Of a stretch of 64,000 nt of DNA, positions 1-14,146 are shown in pieces. Numbering within the stretch: the first letter of the stretch is position 1; every line of letters begins with the position of its first letter. This DNA comes from Octopus vulgaris (taxonomy: Eukaryota). Where the stretch lies: positions 49,042,001 through 49,106,000 of the forward strand of contig OX597822.1 in the NCBI GenBank assembly GCA_951406725.2. Direction: 5' to 3'. Position numbers and translations under genes: made by a program. Under the pieces are notes generated by a model. That model was not told where the DNA came from, did no database searches, and worked only from the letters and a program-made list of their open reading frames with translations.

Positions 1-387
1 CTTTGTGATATTCCTTTCTAGGCATTTCATATTTGTGCAGCGCATTCAAATAATTCTCGTTGCATCAGTTGATAATAAGTACAGAGTTATTCTTGGAATG
101 TGAGATACACAATGCTTTACCATTATGCTATTTATGGAGAGATATATGACCTCATGAAATATAACTCAAGCACTAAACGAGAGAGCCTGTCTGCGTAATC
201 GCTTGGCTTACTAAGTATAGCAGCTTAAACCTCATTCGAATCACAGATATCGTCTTCAAAGAACACATTGCATAATACAAACCGAAATATACTATATTTG
301 TAAAAAGCGACGTGTTAGTCATGACTGGACATTCTTTGATTGCAAGTCTGTTTGACTGAAGTTCATTTGATGCTAAACAACAACAGT

Positions 388-538
<151 letters not shown>

Positions 539-932
539 GTACCTGAGCATTGATTCTTGTGAAAATCTAGTTCAATCGGGCAGTAAGAGAAGTGTCTACG
601 AAGTTAGACATTCGAAAATCAAGGTTTTGTGATTAAAAGCCTATGTAAGCCATCAACTCCAAAATTCATCTCGTTAGGTGCTACAAGTGTGAGTCGACAC
701 AGAATTTTCTATGAAACAGTTTCCTAATTCACAACTGTCAAGTGCTGACCCTGAGCATACCCTAAGAAACCAATATAAAGTTAATTAGTGTAGCCTTACT
801 ACAGGAGAATTAACACAAATAACAATTTAAAGTATGATTCGAGTAAATGTAATGGTTTTAAATCGATTAGTCATAGAATAGTTTTGAAAATGTAGGCGCA
901 GGAGTGGCTGTGTGGTAAGTAGCTTGCTAACC

Positions 933-2907
933 TCTGACGTGTCCGGACCCGTTTTTTTTGGCTGCTCCAGTTGTCACGTATTTTAACGTGGATTGTTGAA
1001 CTTTTGACTCGACTACAGGTGGGCGTTTTGTATTTTTGGGAGCTTAGTGAAGTTTATTGCTTGCATTTAATGTTTTTTAGCATTTAATAATTTTTAGCAG
1101 GTAATAAACTCCACTTTGCTCCAAACAATTTTTCCTGCCTGTAGTCACTTTGTAGTGAGTATTGTGTTTTTTTGAGGAGGTGTAGCCCCACCTCAAAAAG
1201 TAACGTGTGTAATTGCCTTTGTCTTCGGAGTTACCAACGGAGTACCAAGAATATTAACACAAGTGGATTACCAGTGGCCTGGAATACCTTTTTGGCCGGG
1301 AAAAAAGAAACAAAAAATTAATTCCTTTGCCTGGATTTTGAACTCACTTCTGCTATCTTTTATTTAAAAAAATCCTTTTTGAACTGCTGTTTCGAATTTT
1401 GTTTCTTCCCTTCTGTTCTGTTTTTTATTCTCCTTTTTTTTGTCTATTTTATTTTTATCACGTTGAACTGTTTTTTGAACTTTCGTTATGGCAAAGGAGT
1501 TCACCATATGGGAGTTGACACCTCCCAAAAGTTATCTGAAAGATCTAGAGGACAAGACCGTGGTTTTGAGGACTTATTCAAAGTCGCTCAACACCATAGC
1601 TGTCTTTCCAAAGGCCACTATTATTAACGAGCTGGCAGGCTATATGCCAGCCGTTAAATACATCGCACGGGGAGTCAAATACGCAACGGTTTGGTTGCTG
1701 TTTGACTCCCCTAAAGCAGCTTGCGACTTTGCAAGCAAGCCCATTGAGGGCAAGGAGATATTGTTCCTCCCTAATTACAAGGGACAAAAATTGCTGAGAG
1801 CTTGGATCTGCGGCTTACCACCCGGCGTTGAACCCGAGTGGATAGAGGACTCTATCCGCCGGGGTCTGGGTGGTAGCAGCGCCAAGCTCCTAAACGTAAG
1901 AGTACAGCCTGCGGCTGATTGGGAGGGGTCAAAAGCTATTTTGACCCTATGGACCCAATCAGCCAAAAGTCTGGTTTTGCTGGACTTCTTGAGGATGGCC
2001 GGGTAAGGTATCTGGTGATGCTTGAGGGACGCCCCCTCCCCCCCCAAGTGTCACCTGTGCCTGGAGACCGGCCATATTAAGAAAAACTGCCCCAGGGACC
2101 AAAGTAGGATCCTGGAGCAGTTGATATCGGAGCCTCTCCCTGCTCCCCAATGGAGGGAGAGAAACAGAGCGAGGAAGCAACGACTTCCTCAACGAGAAAG
2201 AGAAAAGTGGGGAGCAATGGCAACCCACCAAAAGACCTGGAAGCTGCGGGAGAAGAAGAGAACCCGGTGTGTGCAACACCGAAACCTCAACCTCCCGCGG
2301 CCCAAGGTAAAAAGAAGAAAAGGAAGAGGAGAAACGGGACGCCGCCGGCGGATTGTGATACGCAGACGGCGTCTCCCAAGTCTTCTCAGGCGGGTGTGCC
2401 GCCCGAGGAACAACTTGTAGAACAATTTGTGGTCCTCTCTTTTAAAGGTGGAACAGTGGAAGGTGAGATGAGGAAAATGAGAAAGCGGGGCCATTGGGAG
2501 GGACTTCGATCCTGCACGGAGGACCCCGAGTGGCCTTCGCAGCTGGCTGCGGAGGTCATGGGGAGGGGTAATCTGGGCAGGGTCACGCATTCCTTCCCGA
2601 TGGACTCATTTCAAATTATACCTCTAGACCACGACCTGACCAGCGATGATTGCCTCGTTGAGGCAAGAGCGCTGGTCGGCCGGGTAACATAGACTCATTG
2701 AACATTATATTGTATTGAAAAAGAAAATTTGAAATTCTTGTGAAATTTAAAAAAAAAAAAAGGAACAATGTCTTAGAGAAGCGAGGGTCGGCGGGCGCTC
2801 TTGGCTTCTCCCATCACCATCTTCGTCCATCACCATCATTCATTAATGTTTATTGTCCAGCCCGCAGCTACTCTTTGTACTGCCCTAGTGGCAAATCTTA
2901 TGAAATA
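933..2907 (+). mobile_element. ORF1-only non-autonomous non-LTR retrotransposon (Tx1/L1-like), element 1
   Basis: 16-bp TSD aagtagcttgctaacc (917-932 / 2908-2923). T-rich 5' UTR, one frameshifted ORF1 with a CCHC knuckle, and a 3' UTR ending in a hairpin plus aataaa. No RT or endonuclease. Confidence 0.88.
1488..2692 (+). pseudogene. Gag-like ORF1 with CX2CX4HX4C zinc knuckle, frameshifted
   Basis: ORF pieces 1488-2006, 2022-2420 (CHLCLETGHIKKNC) and 2150-2692 are collinear with the homologous ORF starting at 26415. Confidence 0.8.
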
Positions 2908-3050
2908 AAGTAGCTTGCTAACCAACCACATGGTTCCGGGTTCAGTCCCACTGCGTGGCATCTTGGGCAAGTGTCTTCTGCTATAGCCCCGGGCCGACCA
3001 ATGCCTTGTGAGTGGATTTGGTAGACGGAAACTGAAAAAAGCCTGTCGTA

Positions 3051-3097
<47 letters not shown>

Positions 3098-4269
3098 ATG
3101 TGTTTGTGTTTGTCCCCCCAACATCGCTTGACAACCAATGCTGGTGTGTTTACGTCCCCGTCACTTAGCGGTTCGGCAAAAGAGACCGATAGAATAAGTC
3201 CTGGGCTTACAAAGAATAAGTCCTGGGGTAGATTTGCTCGACTAAAGGCGGTGCTCCAACATGGCCGCAGTCAAATGACTGAAACAAGTAAAAGAGTAAA
3301 GAGTAAAGAGATTTGCATGAGACTTTGTTTTTTGGAATTTACACCTGGATGAATTTCCAAAAATCAAACACTTCGCTATATTTCAAATGGGTTTCTTTAA
3401 GAATAGTTTGTTTTTTTTGAAGTACTCCGTCGGTTACGACGAGGGTTCCGGTTGATCCGATCAACGAAACAGCCTGCTCGTGAAATTAACGTGTAAGATT
3501 GTTGTATTTATGCAAGGTAAGTTATCTAGGCACATGTCAGCCAGTTTAAGGCCCATTCCTTCTTAGCTTTAAGATCTGACTCTGTTGCAGCTGTCACTGA
3601 AAATCCAATATAAAACTGATTAGTATCTCGGCATGGGGGGATTGCAATTCATAATACAACCAACACACCGAACAAAAGTGAACCTCAAGAACCCCAACTA
3701 AAGTAAATATAATGGTTTTACATCGATTTGTTCATGTTAATATATTTAGAACAGTTCTGACAATTCAGATATTTCATGCCCGAAGTCTTTTTCAAACTCA
3801 AGCACTGAAACACACACAATTAGAAGATAGCGAAACACTCACCAGTATATGTTATTCTTGCTGTTTAAAGGGTCATATTGTATAGCCACATGATATCCGC
3901 GTATCAGAAATAGCTAGCTCAGAGGTAATGTAAGCGGAGTATCTTTATCCACGAAGGAGCAAAGTGTTTGATATAGAATATAATTCATTATCCACACCAT
4001 GAAAGAGATTAAAATTCTGTTTATTCGTCCAGGTACATTTTTCAATTCAGTAAATTTAGAAATGCTGTAAGAGATAGATAAATTCTGTTCCGGGTATAAT
4101 TATTTTAAGAGATGTTAGAGCGTGATGCTAACCTGAAGGTTTACTCTTTATTTCCACTCAGTTATTGAAATGTGGGTGTGATCGGCCACCAATTCTAAAA
4201 TTCATCCACAAAGAGCCTGTATGTGATCATTCCACCCACTAGAAATGGTAGCCAAATGTCTCTAGTGCT

Positions 4270-5627
4270 CAATGGGTACTTAACTTATCGACCTCGGAAG
4301 GGTAAGAAGGGAAGTCGACCGTGGCAGAAGTTGAACTCAAAACGTAAGAAATGCTGCTAAGCATTCCGCCAGCTTGCCACTTATTAGAAAATAAGATATA
4401 TATTGTATTTATTTTCCATTAAACTTTCTTACTATCACAGCTCTTCAGAGCCATTATAAATCTAGTTTTGGCACTAGGCCAGTTATTCTGAGGGAAAGGG
4501 TTAGTCGATAGATCGATACCCAATACTTAACTGGTATTTCATTTTATCAGTCTCGGTGAGATGTCAAGCAAATTTGACCCCGGCAGAATTTGATCTCAGA
4601 ATGTAATGAATCGGTAGGAATATCACAAAGCATTTTGTTCGACTGTCTAAAGGTTCTGCCAACACGCCGCCTTGTACATGGCTTTAATAATGGTTTCAAA
4701 TTTTGGTACAAGGTCAGCAAGTTCGGGGGATGGGGTTAGTCGATCACATCAACCACAGTACCAGACTGATAGTTATTTTATCGACCCCGACAGGATGAAA
4801 GGCAAAGTCGACCTCGGCGGTATTTGAACTCAGAACGTAAAGACGGATGAAATGCTGCCAAGCATTTTGCCCGGCGCGCTAACGATTTTGCCTGCTGGCC
4901 ATCTTGTACATGGTTTTAATAATGATTTCTGACATAAGATAGGCTGTGCGATTCGTGGGAGTAAACCGTCGTTGATTATATGACAATCATCATTTGCCAG
5001 GTATGGCCTTGAGCCTAAATTAAAAACCGTTATTCACCTGGAATTTATTGTTCGAACCGATGAGAATAAAAGGAGAAATCGGCTTCGGTAAGGTTTGAAA
5101 TCAGTTTGTAATGTAAAGGACGTAACTGAATAAAGTAAAATATTCTGTTGACCATTTTATCACTGGCTCGGATAACATATAAATTAGACAGGTAATATAT
5201 ATTGGTTTCAAATATTTCGCGGGAGTAGGTAAATCGATTACATCGACCTTAGTGCTTAACTACTACTTATTTTATCGACATCGAAAGGATGAAAGGCAAA
5301 ATCGGCCTCAGAAGAATTTAAACTCAAAACACAAAGACGGACGAAATGCCGCTAAATATTTTGCCCGGCACGCTTACTATTCTGCCAGCACGCCGCCTTA
5401 CAGGATATATATATTCTTTTATACTCTAGGCACAAGGCCCGAAATTTTGAGGGAGTGGGGCAATCAATTAGATCGACCACAGTACACAACTGATACTTAA
5501 TTTATCGACCTCGAAAGGATGAAAGGCAAGGTCGACCTCGGCGGAATTTGAACTCAGAACGTAAAAACGTAAAGACAGACGAAATACCGCCCCGCGTTTT
5601 GCCCGGCGTGCCAACTCGCTACCTTAC
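4270..5627 (-). mobile_element. Cluster of about five degenerate SINE family B copies in the same orientation
   Basis: Repeated reverse complement of gagttcaaattccgccgaggtcgactttgcctttcatcc near 4310, 4570, 4800, 5290 and 5520. Confidence 0.85.
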
Positions 5628-5907
5628 AGGATATATGTATATATCGGAAAATAAAATATATATTCTACTCATTTTCCACCAAATCTCGTCTTAAGTAGAA
5701 TTTCCGTTCTTGGCATGGTAAATATCGAAAACTAAAATTTCTCACTATTTACTCCACGTTTTTGTAATTCTTTCTTTGATACCGACAGATTCTGCATAAT
5801 AATACGTTGAAATTTGCTAGTCGGCAAATATCAACCTAAAATTTAAAATGTTACAAGTAAATTAAGGGTTTAGCAAAGCAAAACAGAGGCAGAAAGAGAG
5901 AGAGAGA

Positions 5908-5965
<58 letters not shown>

Positions 5966-6185
5966 AAACAGTTTTTAAAATTTATTTTAGAAATACAGCA
6001 GCAACGACAAACCTGAAATGATAAAGAAAATGTAAAAGAAGAAAAGTAGAAAATGAAATAAAAGAAGCAGAAAAAAAGCTTGAGAGAATGTTTCGTGGAA
6101 CTCAATAATTTGTGGGGATTGTTAGCTTTTACAGTATTCCAGCATTCTTAGGCGAAATTGCATCTGAAAATAAATAGATAAATAA

Positions 6186-6218
<33 letters not shown>

Positions 6219-6286
6219 TGTATGTATGTATGTATTTATGTATGTATGTATGTATGTATGTATGTATGCATGTATGTATGTATATG

Positions 6287-6343
<57 letters not shown>

Positions 6344-6675
6344 CTAAAGGAAGAAATTTAAAAACAAATAAACGAATAAATAACAGCGATAGTGAAAGAA
6401 GGAAATAAATGCATTCTTTAAAAAATAAAAAATACAGAAAACTATATATATTGATAACAAAATAGGAAAAAAGTGCACATCTTTGATTTTTGATTTTATA
6501 TTAAGTAATAACTAAACAAAATACAAGAAGTAAACAATAAAAATTAAAACAGAAAAATTATTTGTTTTTATATTTTTCAAGTTTATTTTATTGATTTAAT
6601 TTATTTATTTGATATTTTTTCTGATCACATTTCAGTTAACACAAGTGATATTTTCAAAGATATTATTATTACGCA

Positions 6676-7090
6676 AGGCGGTAAGGTGGCGAGTTGGCAG
6701 AATCGTTACCCCGCCAGGCAAAATGCTTAGCGGCATTTCTTTCTGAGTTCAAATTTGGCCGAAGTCGAATTTTCCTTTCGGAGTCGATGGGATAAGTTCC
6801 AGCCGAGCACTGGGGTCGATGTAATCGTCAAGCTTCACTTCTCCCCAAAATTTAGGCCTTGTGCTCATAGTAGAAAGGATTATTACACAAGGTGGCAAGA
6901 TGGCAGAATTGTTAGTGCGTCGGATTAAATGCTTGACGGTATTTTTCCGACTGTTTACTTTCTGAATTCAAATACCACCGTGTTTGACTTTGCCTTTTAT
7001 CCTTTCAGAGTCGATAAAATAGTACCAATTTAGCACTGGTGTCGATGTAATCGACCTACCCCTCCCAAAAAATTGCTGTCCTTGTGCAAT
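6676..7090 (+). mobile_element. Two tandem SINE family B copies
   Basis: Head tggcagaatcgtta...gagttcaaat and body ggggtcgatgtaatcg each occur twice. Confidence 0.85.
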
Positions 7091-7094
7091 TAGG

Positions 7095-7404
7095 AATTTT
7101 TTCGATTAAAAATTACTTTTTAAGATAAGGGGAAAACCTATTATGAAAAGCCAGTGTCCAAGCAAAAAAGAAGAAACCATATTTGCATTCCCTGAAATGG
7201 CCATAAGGAATGTAAATATGGTTTCTTCTTTTTTGCTTGGACACTGGCTTTTCATAATAGGTTTTCCATTTATCTTAAAAAGTAATTTTTAATCGAAAAA
7301 ATTTCTAACCGATGAACTTTTATCTTTCCTTATATATCATATATATTATATATTTATATATAATATATAAGGAAAGATAAAAGTTCATCGATTAGAAATT
7401 TTTT
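7095..7404. repeat. Two overlapping long palindromes
   Basis: Arms 7095-7191 / 7207-7303 and about 7296-7336 / 7363-7404 are near-perfect reverse complements. Confidence 0.9.
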
Positions 7405-7632
7405 TATATGTATTTTTATATTCAATTTGGTCGCTCCACATGTAACTTACTACCATATTGTGTACTTAATAAACATTGACACACGACTTCTTTTCTAATG
7501 CAGTGATTATTGAATACACAATTACTGCTGATTCTACAATTACATGTTTTAAGTAGCTGTGTGGGGTTTATATTATTGTGGGTGATATTCATTACATTAT
7601 TAGTACTATGGCAATTGCTTACACCTATAATG

Positions 7633-7823
<191 letters not shown>

Positions 7824-8299
7824 GAGTGAGCGAGCAGAGCATGCCATCAAAGTGACACTGGGGTAAAATATACGAAGCCCAGTATACCCATCATGACTAC
7901 CCGTCTGATAAGGGTACACCAGGCACATGCATCACAACCATATGTGCGCGACATGGTGATCTCATATCAAGATAAACAGCACATGACCTTGCAGGTGGAG
8001 CCCAGTTAGAATTTTCTTCAGATCGAGTAACCCATCCCGCTCAAAAGGTCCCTGAATAAGGGTTGTTTAAGGACGTTGAACGAAACACCCATGTTTCCAG
8101 AGGTGAATTATTCAAACCCCAAACAATCCTTCTCAACACATGGCTATGATGCTCCCCCACTACTTCTGCTCGTGATCAGAGATGCACATATCGTCAGCCA
8201 CTAAGGGACATGCTCAACTGGTTAAGGTCAAACAACTGACAAGCAAATCTGTGGTATTGAGTAGAATATTTGCTGTAGCCCATCTTTTATACCAAGACA
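7824..8299 (-). mobile_element. Non-coding retroposon inserted in (TAA)n
   Basis: Flanked by (TTA)n on both sides. A truncated second copy at 9175-9277 shares the left end exactly. Confidence 0.7.
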
Positions 8300-8306
8300 T
8301 TATTAC

Positions 8307-8388
<82 letters not shown>

Positions 8389-8389
<1 letters not shown>

Positions 8390-9151
8390 TATGTTTGACT
8401 TTTGCTTTATGTCTGTACAAGTTGGCTCCAAGTCTCACCCAGAGACCTCAAGAGACAACAGGTTGGAAGTTCACGTTGTTGTTATGCCTAGTGTGCCATA
8501 TATTTGGGGGGGTTTTTTGGTGTTGTACTAGTGAATGTCTAATACATAAAAAAATTTTTTTTAATGTTTGTTTTAAACCTTGGGATTACATAGAGAGTAT
8601 TTTGCGTAGGATATGAGCAGTTCCCATGAGCACTATCTTTTGAATTTCTGCCATTTTGGGGTTTCCTGGTATCTGAGTTAGGTAGCAATCATCCCCTTTC
8701 GCTATCATTCCCAGGGCACCTATGACAACATGTATTGTTTTAGTCTTCAGGTTCCACATTTTGCTGATTTCTATTTCAAGATCTTTATATTTGCTCAGTT
8801 TTTGGTAGGTCTTGACAGATACGTTTATATCGATTGGGACAGTCATATCAATGAGGAGGCATGTTCTTTGTCTGAAGTCTTTCAATATGATGTCTGGCCT
8901 ATTTGCATCTATCTTTCTGTCAGTTTGAATGGTGAAGTTCCAGAGGAGTGAGATGTGGTCATTTTCAAGCACTGGAGGTGGATTGTGTTCCCACCAGTTT
9001 TTTTCATGGGGCAAATCCAGGTTTTTGCAAATTACCCAGTGAATACATTGTGCAGCTCTATCATGCCTGTTGAGGTACTCTGTAGGCGCTAGAAGACTGC
9101 ATTTGGAGACAACATGATCAATGGTCTCGTTTTGTTGTCGGCATACACGAC
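8389..9151 (-). mobile_element. 5'-truncated REL-type non-LTR retrotransposon (R4/Dong-like): zinc finger, endonuclease and 3' UTR
   Basis: Minus strand reads RVCRQQNETIDHVVSKC..RHDR, RPDIIL..LIDMTVP..KLSKY, VIGALG. Flanked by (TAA)n. Confidence 0.9.
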
Positions 9152-9174
9152 TTATTATTATTATTATTATTATT

Positions 9175-9277
9175 GAGTGAGAGAGCAGTTCATGCCATCA
9201 AAGTGACACTGGGGTAAAATATACGAAGCCCAATATACCCATCATGACTACCCGCCTGATAAAGGTACACCAGGCAC
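9175..9277 (-). mobile_element. Truncated copy of the 7824-8299 element in (TAA)n
   Basis: Near-identical to 7824-7926, with TTA repeats on both sides. Confidence 0.75.
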
Positions 9278-9337
<60 letters not shown>

Positions 9338-9420
9338 TTGTGTATGTATAATTGTTGTTATTTTTTCTACTTAGGTAGAAGGTATCCAGTTTCTATTATT
9401 AATTGAGGATTTGATAGTGG

Positions 9421-9729
9421 CTAGGTTATGTTTAGACTATACCCTATTCTTATTGTTTTATTATTTTCTTTTGTAACGTGTTTGTTAATTAATCTAAATA
9501 TTGTTTTTACTATGTCATTCTTAATCTGCATAGCGAAAGGGATGATCAACCACAGGATATCAATTTCAATAATTTTCTTATTAGGGTTTTCTACATGATG
9601 GGTAACTTTTCTGTTATTATTCCTATTTTTGTTTTTATATTTAATATTATTATTATTATTATTATTATTTTTATTACTATTACTATTATTATTATTGTTA
9701 TTACTAACCATTTTATCAGTATCATTATC

Positions 9730-9819
<90 letters not shown>

Positions 9820-10880
9820 TTATTGTTGATGTTGTTGTTGCTGTTGTTATTATGGTTATTATTTTTTTTATGGGTCTCTATCGTATTCCTGATATTTTTA
9901 TTATTATATTTATATTTATCTTTGTCTTTGGTAGTGTTACCTTCGTCCTAATTATTGGGGCTGGATGTAGTTGCTCTATTCTGGCTACTATAGTTAATAT
10001 TTCTTGATATTTAATTTTACATTTATATCCCGCATTTTTTAGTGTTATGTTATATTTTTCCTTGTGCTTATTAAAGATTTCTTCATTAGAAGATAGATTT
10101 GAAATTCTTTTACTTATATTCAATAGTAGCGCTTTTTTATTTGTAAGGGATGGTTACTTGAGCTGTTTATATATCTTAGTGTAGAGTTTTCTTTAGTATA
10201 AGGCTCAAGAAGTCCGGTATTTAAGTTACAATTTGCATCTCTTCTCTCTTCTACTCTTCTACTTGTTTCAGTCGTTTGACTGCGGCCATGCTGGAGCACC
10301 GCCTTTAATCGAGCAACTCGACCCCGGAACTTATTCTTTTTGTAAGCCCAGTACTTATTCTATCGGTCTCTTTTGCCGAACCGCTAAGTAACGGGGACAT
10401 AAACACACCAACATCGGTTGTCAAGCAATGCTAGGGGGACAAACACAGACACACAAACAAACACACATGCATATATATATACATATATACGACAGGCTTC
10501 TTTCAGTTTCTGTCTACCAAATCCACTCACAAGGCATTGGTCGGCCCGGGGCTATAGCAGAAGACACTTGCCCAAGATGCCACGCAGTGGGACTGAACCC
10601 GGTACCATGTGGTTGGTTAGCAAGCTACTTACCACACAGCCACTCCTGCGCCTAAATAGTTTATAGAATAGTTTTAATTTTCTATGGTTATGGCTAGGCC
10701 AAACCTATTAAAGAATTTATATAACCTCTTTTTTTAGCAGTTCTAGGCGTCTATTTGAACCGTTCTAAACTAAGAATAGTGCGTCATCCCTATATAGGCC
10801 TCCGGTTAATTCGGGGAATCCTCTACTTATGTTATCCAAGATGTATAGACCTACCAGGTCTGTATTTTTCTACTTGTGAA
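9421..10880 (-). pseudogene. Penelope-like element RT remnant interrupted by SINE-A and (TAA)n
   Basis: Minus strand reads GLYRDDALF (about 10800), YINSSSNHP (about 10165), ISKRISNLSSNEEIF and IRIGYS. Confidence 0.75.
10251..10652 (-). mobile_element. Full-length SINE family A
   Basis: Intact head, body and tail with an empty target site. Confidence 0.92.
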
Positions 10881-11056
10881 GTAATTCACTCGTAAATATC
10901 ATCACACATAACATGGACAAAATTTGTTCTTAAGAAAATACATATTCAAATGAGTAAATCATAAAATCATGAATAGCGAAAGCGAAACCGGTCGATATAT
11001 CCAAAATTATAATAAAAATATGTAAAGTGTGTATTGTGTATTTTCCTTTTTTAATT

Positions 11057-11126
<70 letters not shown>

Positions 11127-11667
11127 GTATGCATATATAAGTGAGGATCACACCAGATAATTCAGTCCTCAAATAATAATCCAACTCGCTTTCATCAATA
11201 GAATTGATATAGAAGAATCACCAAAAGCACATAATTATTATATAGAATATATCAAAATACATAGATACATTAAAAATATATAGGTATATTAAAAATATAT
11301 AAACATATAAGGTAATTGATACATTAAAAAATATACACATGTGAACATTGATGCATATATACTAAAATATATCGAAGACGTATAAATATGTATATATATA
11401 TTTCAATCATTTGTATCAAGTCCTTTTCGAAGTTGGCAAGTGCAGGATTTGGAGGAGGGTTTTATAAGATTTCATATTGTATGTATCCAAGTTTATTAGT
11501 TTTATCAGATTGTTTTGATTTACGATCGTAGTATTGAGCTGTCCAGCTCATTCTGTTGATAAATTCATTAGTCAGGTTCTTAGGTTAAGTTATTTACTTG
11601 TCATATTTAAATATTCGTTATCATATTTAAATTTACGCTTTTAACATCTGCCCGTGTACAATATTGC

Positions 11668-11756
<89 letters not shown>

Positions 11757-11762
11757 CCTACA

Positions 11763-11848
<86 letters not shown>
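11668..11848. repeat. (TATC)n microsatellite
   Basis: Read directly from the sequence. Confidence 0.95.
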
Positions 11849-11849
<1 letters not shown>

Positions 11850-12609
11850 TACACACACATACACATGCACACTTACAGATAGGTAGATATCTCCGTAGGT
11901 AGTAAGGGAGATAGATAAACATAGACAGCTAGGTACTTAGGTTGATTTTAAAGGTAGGTAGAATGGTAGATTGATAGGCAGGTAGCTAGAGAAGTAGATA
12001 GACAGACAGTAGATAAATAGATAGGTAGATTGTGCTGATGTACGGCCAACAAGACATACGGAGACCCCAGATACAAATAACTATTGTGGAACATAATTTG
12101 TTGACCATACAATTAAATTTCTGTTAGTGGTTTTGATATGATACAATACTCATAATAGAATGCAGTATAAAATAGTGGTGTCTTGGACGTAACATGTACT
12201 GAGATCTGGATAAACAGATTCTCTAGAGAAGTAAGTTGAAAATATCTTAGTTGAAAATTTACATAATAATCTGCTTGTCCGTTCACCCTTTATACTTTAG
12301 TTAGTTAGAGAGGTGGAGATAGAGTGAGTGAGAAGTGGAGTAATAGTGTGTGTGAGAGAGAGGGGGAATGTGAGTAGAGAAGAAAAGAGTATAATAATAC
12401 ACTAAGGCTCACGTGGTTAGTTGATGAGAGAAGCGAGGAGCGAGAGAAAAAGACGGTGAGAGAAAAGAGGGAGAGAGAAGTGTTAACGACGTGTGGGGAT
12501 GGAAATAAAAAAAACAGAGATATGTTTAGGATACAATATTCAGCAAAGGGGGATGTTCTGGTGGTGAGGTTGAAGAAAGGCAGATAGAGATGGACAGGGG
12601 AGGTAGTTT

Positions 12610-12667
<58 letters not shown>

Positions 12668-12935
12668 TAGAGATAGTGTTTGTATTGTCAGAGTAGAGAT
12701 ACATCGACAGCAAGAAAAAGCAGATATAAATAATCAGCTGAACTGAAAATGAAACGAGCTTTGTTCCTGAAAACTATAGTGATGATGATGGTGATGGTGG
12801 TGGTGGTGTGTTGATTGTGAAAAGTATTTTTACTGAACTAAAATTATATTATTCTTCTACCTGTTCGTAGAAGCATATTATAGTTTGTTAGGAAAAAGGG
12901 GAAGGTGGACTGAGAGAGAGGAAGAGAGAATGTGA

Positions 12936-12992
<57 letters not shown>

Positions 12993-14081
12993 CAGAGAGC
13001 CATCTGATGCATTATGCTGTCACACATATGATTAGTGGGAGTGAGAGGTGAAGAGAAAGAGAGAAATATCAAAGACAGGAAGAGGGAAATTCCATGGTCA
13101 AAATGTTTGCTGACGAGGTTAGAAAGAAAGAGATAAATATAATGTGCTTAGTAGAGGGAAATGTTAAAGTTATATAATATATTATTGCGACTGGAAGTGG
13201 AATAACTTAGCAAAATATAAATTAAGATGCAAATAATCCTTTCTTTCTAAAATAGCTTCTCTTAATCTTTTTTCGTTCTGTGGAATTGCCATGGGTTCTA
13301 CTTGTTAAAAGAATTTCTAAATCACTAAGACGTTAACGAATTATTATATGGATTCTCGTGTCTAGAGAGTTCTTGCTACTATAGATTTGTTTGTCAATCT
13401 TTTTCTCTCTCTCTCTCTCTCTGGATCTATCTATCTATTTGTTTGTTTACTTATCCGTCTGTCCATCAGTTTATCTTTCTCCGTACGTTCTCATGTAAAA
13501 GTAATTAAAAAAAAAATACGAAGAACTGCAAGCAAATCTGATTTTTGTTTTTATACATGTAAAAGTAATAACATACAGAGACAGAAACACACATTTATGT
13601 ATGTTGTAAATGTGTGTGAACATTCTGGGATGTTGATTTAACATAAAGAGCCTAACCTGAAGCAATTCAGAAGAAAATTTGTTTTGTGTATTCTCTGAAT
13701 GGAATTATTCCGAATGAAACCTTCTGCAAAATAATTTAACCTAAGTTCGCGATTCGTTTTCATTGTCGCTGAGAAATGATTTGTTTTTAGTCACAGATTA
13801 TATAAAAAAAACCAAAACTATAATAGCTACAAAACAAAAATTCGTAACGACCTGAGCAACTTAAAAGTAAGCGTTTGAAAGATTATTTAATATTGAAATT
13901 GCATTTCTTGTCACTTGTTTACTGTACAAGAGTTCACAATGGATGGCGTTTCTTTTATTGGCTAGCGTTATTAACGCGGTTCACTGGTCGTATGACAAGT
14001 GATGATAGCATCGATTCATCTCAAATGTATTCATTCTAAAAGACTAAGAAACATAAGTGAAGTGGTCGTATAACTTATTGA

Positions 14082-14146
<65 letters not shown>

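Larger units (their letters stand above)
895..3310 (+). mobile_element. tRNA-headed SINE family A copy, split by a 2-kb insertion (head 895-932, remainder 2908-3310)
   Basis: ggcgcaggagtggctgtgtggtaagtagcttgctaacc resumes at 2908 as aagtagcttgctaaccaaccacatggttccgggttcagtccc. It matches uninterrupted copies at 10251-10652, 37975-38370 and 63535-64000. Confidence 0.92.

Noticed and set aside
895-2960. SINE heads as functional tRNA genes, or the insert as a tRNA intron
   Set aside because: The heads continue into SINE bodies, and the insert carries a TSD and a retroelement ORF.
560-3750. Similarity between about 760-880 and 3600-3740 as a long TSD of the SINE or element 1
   Set aside because: It is too diverged and does not abut the junctions; more likely an older local duplication.
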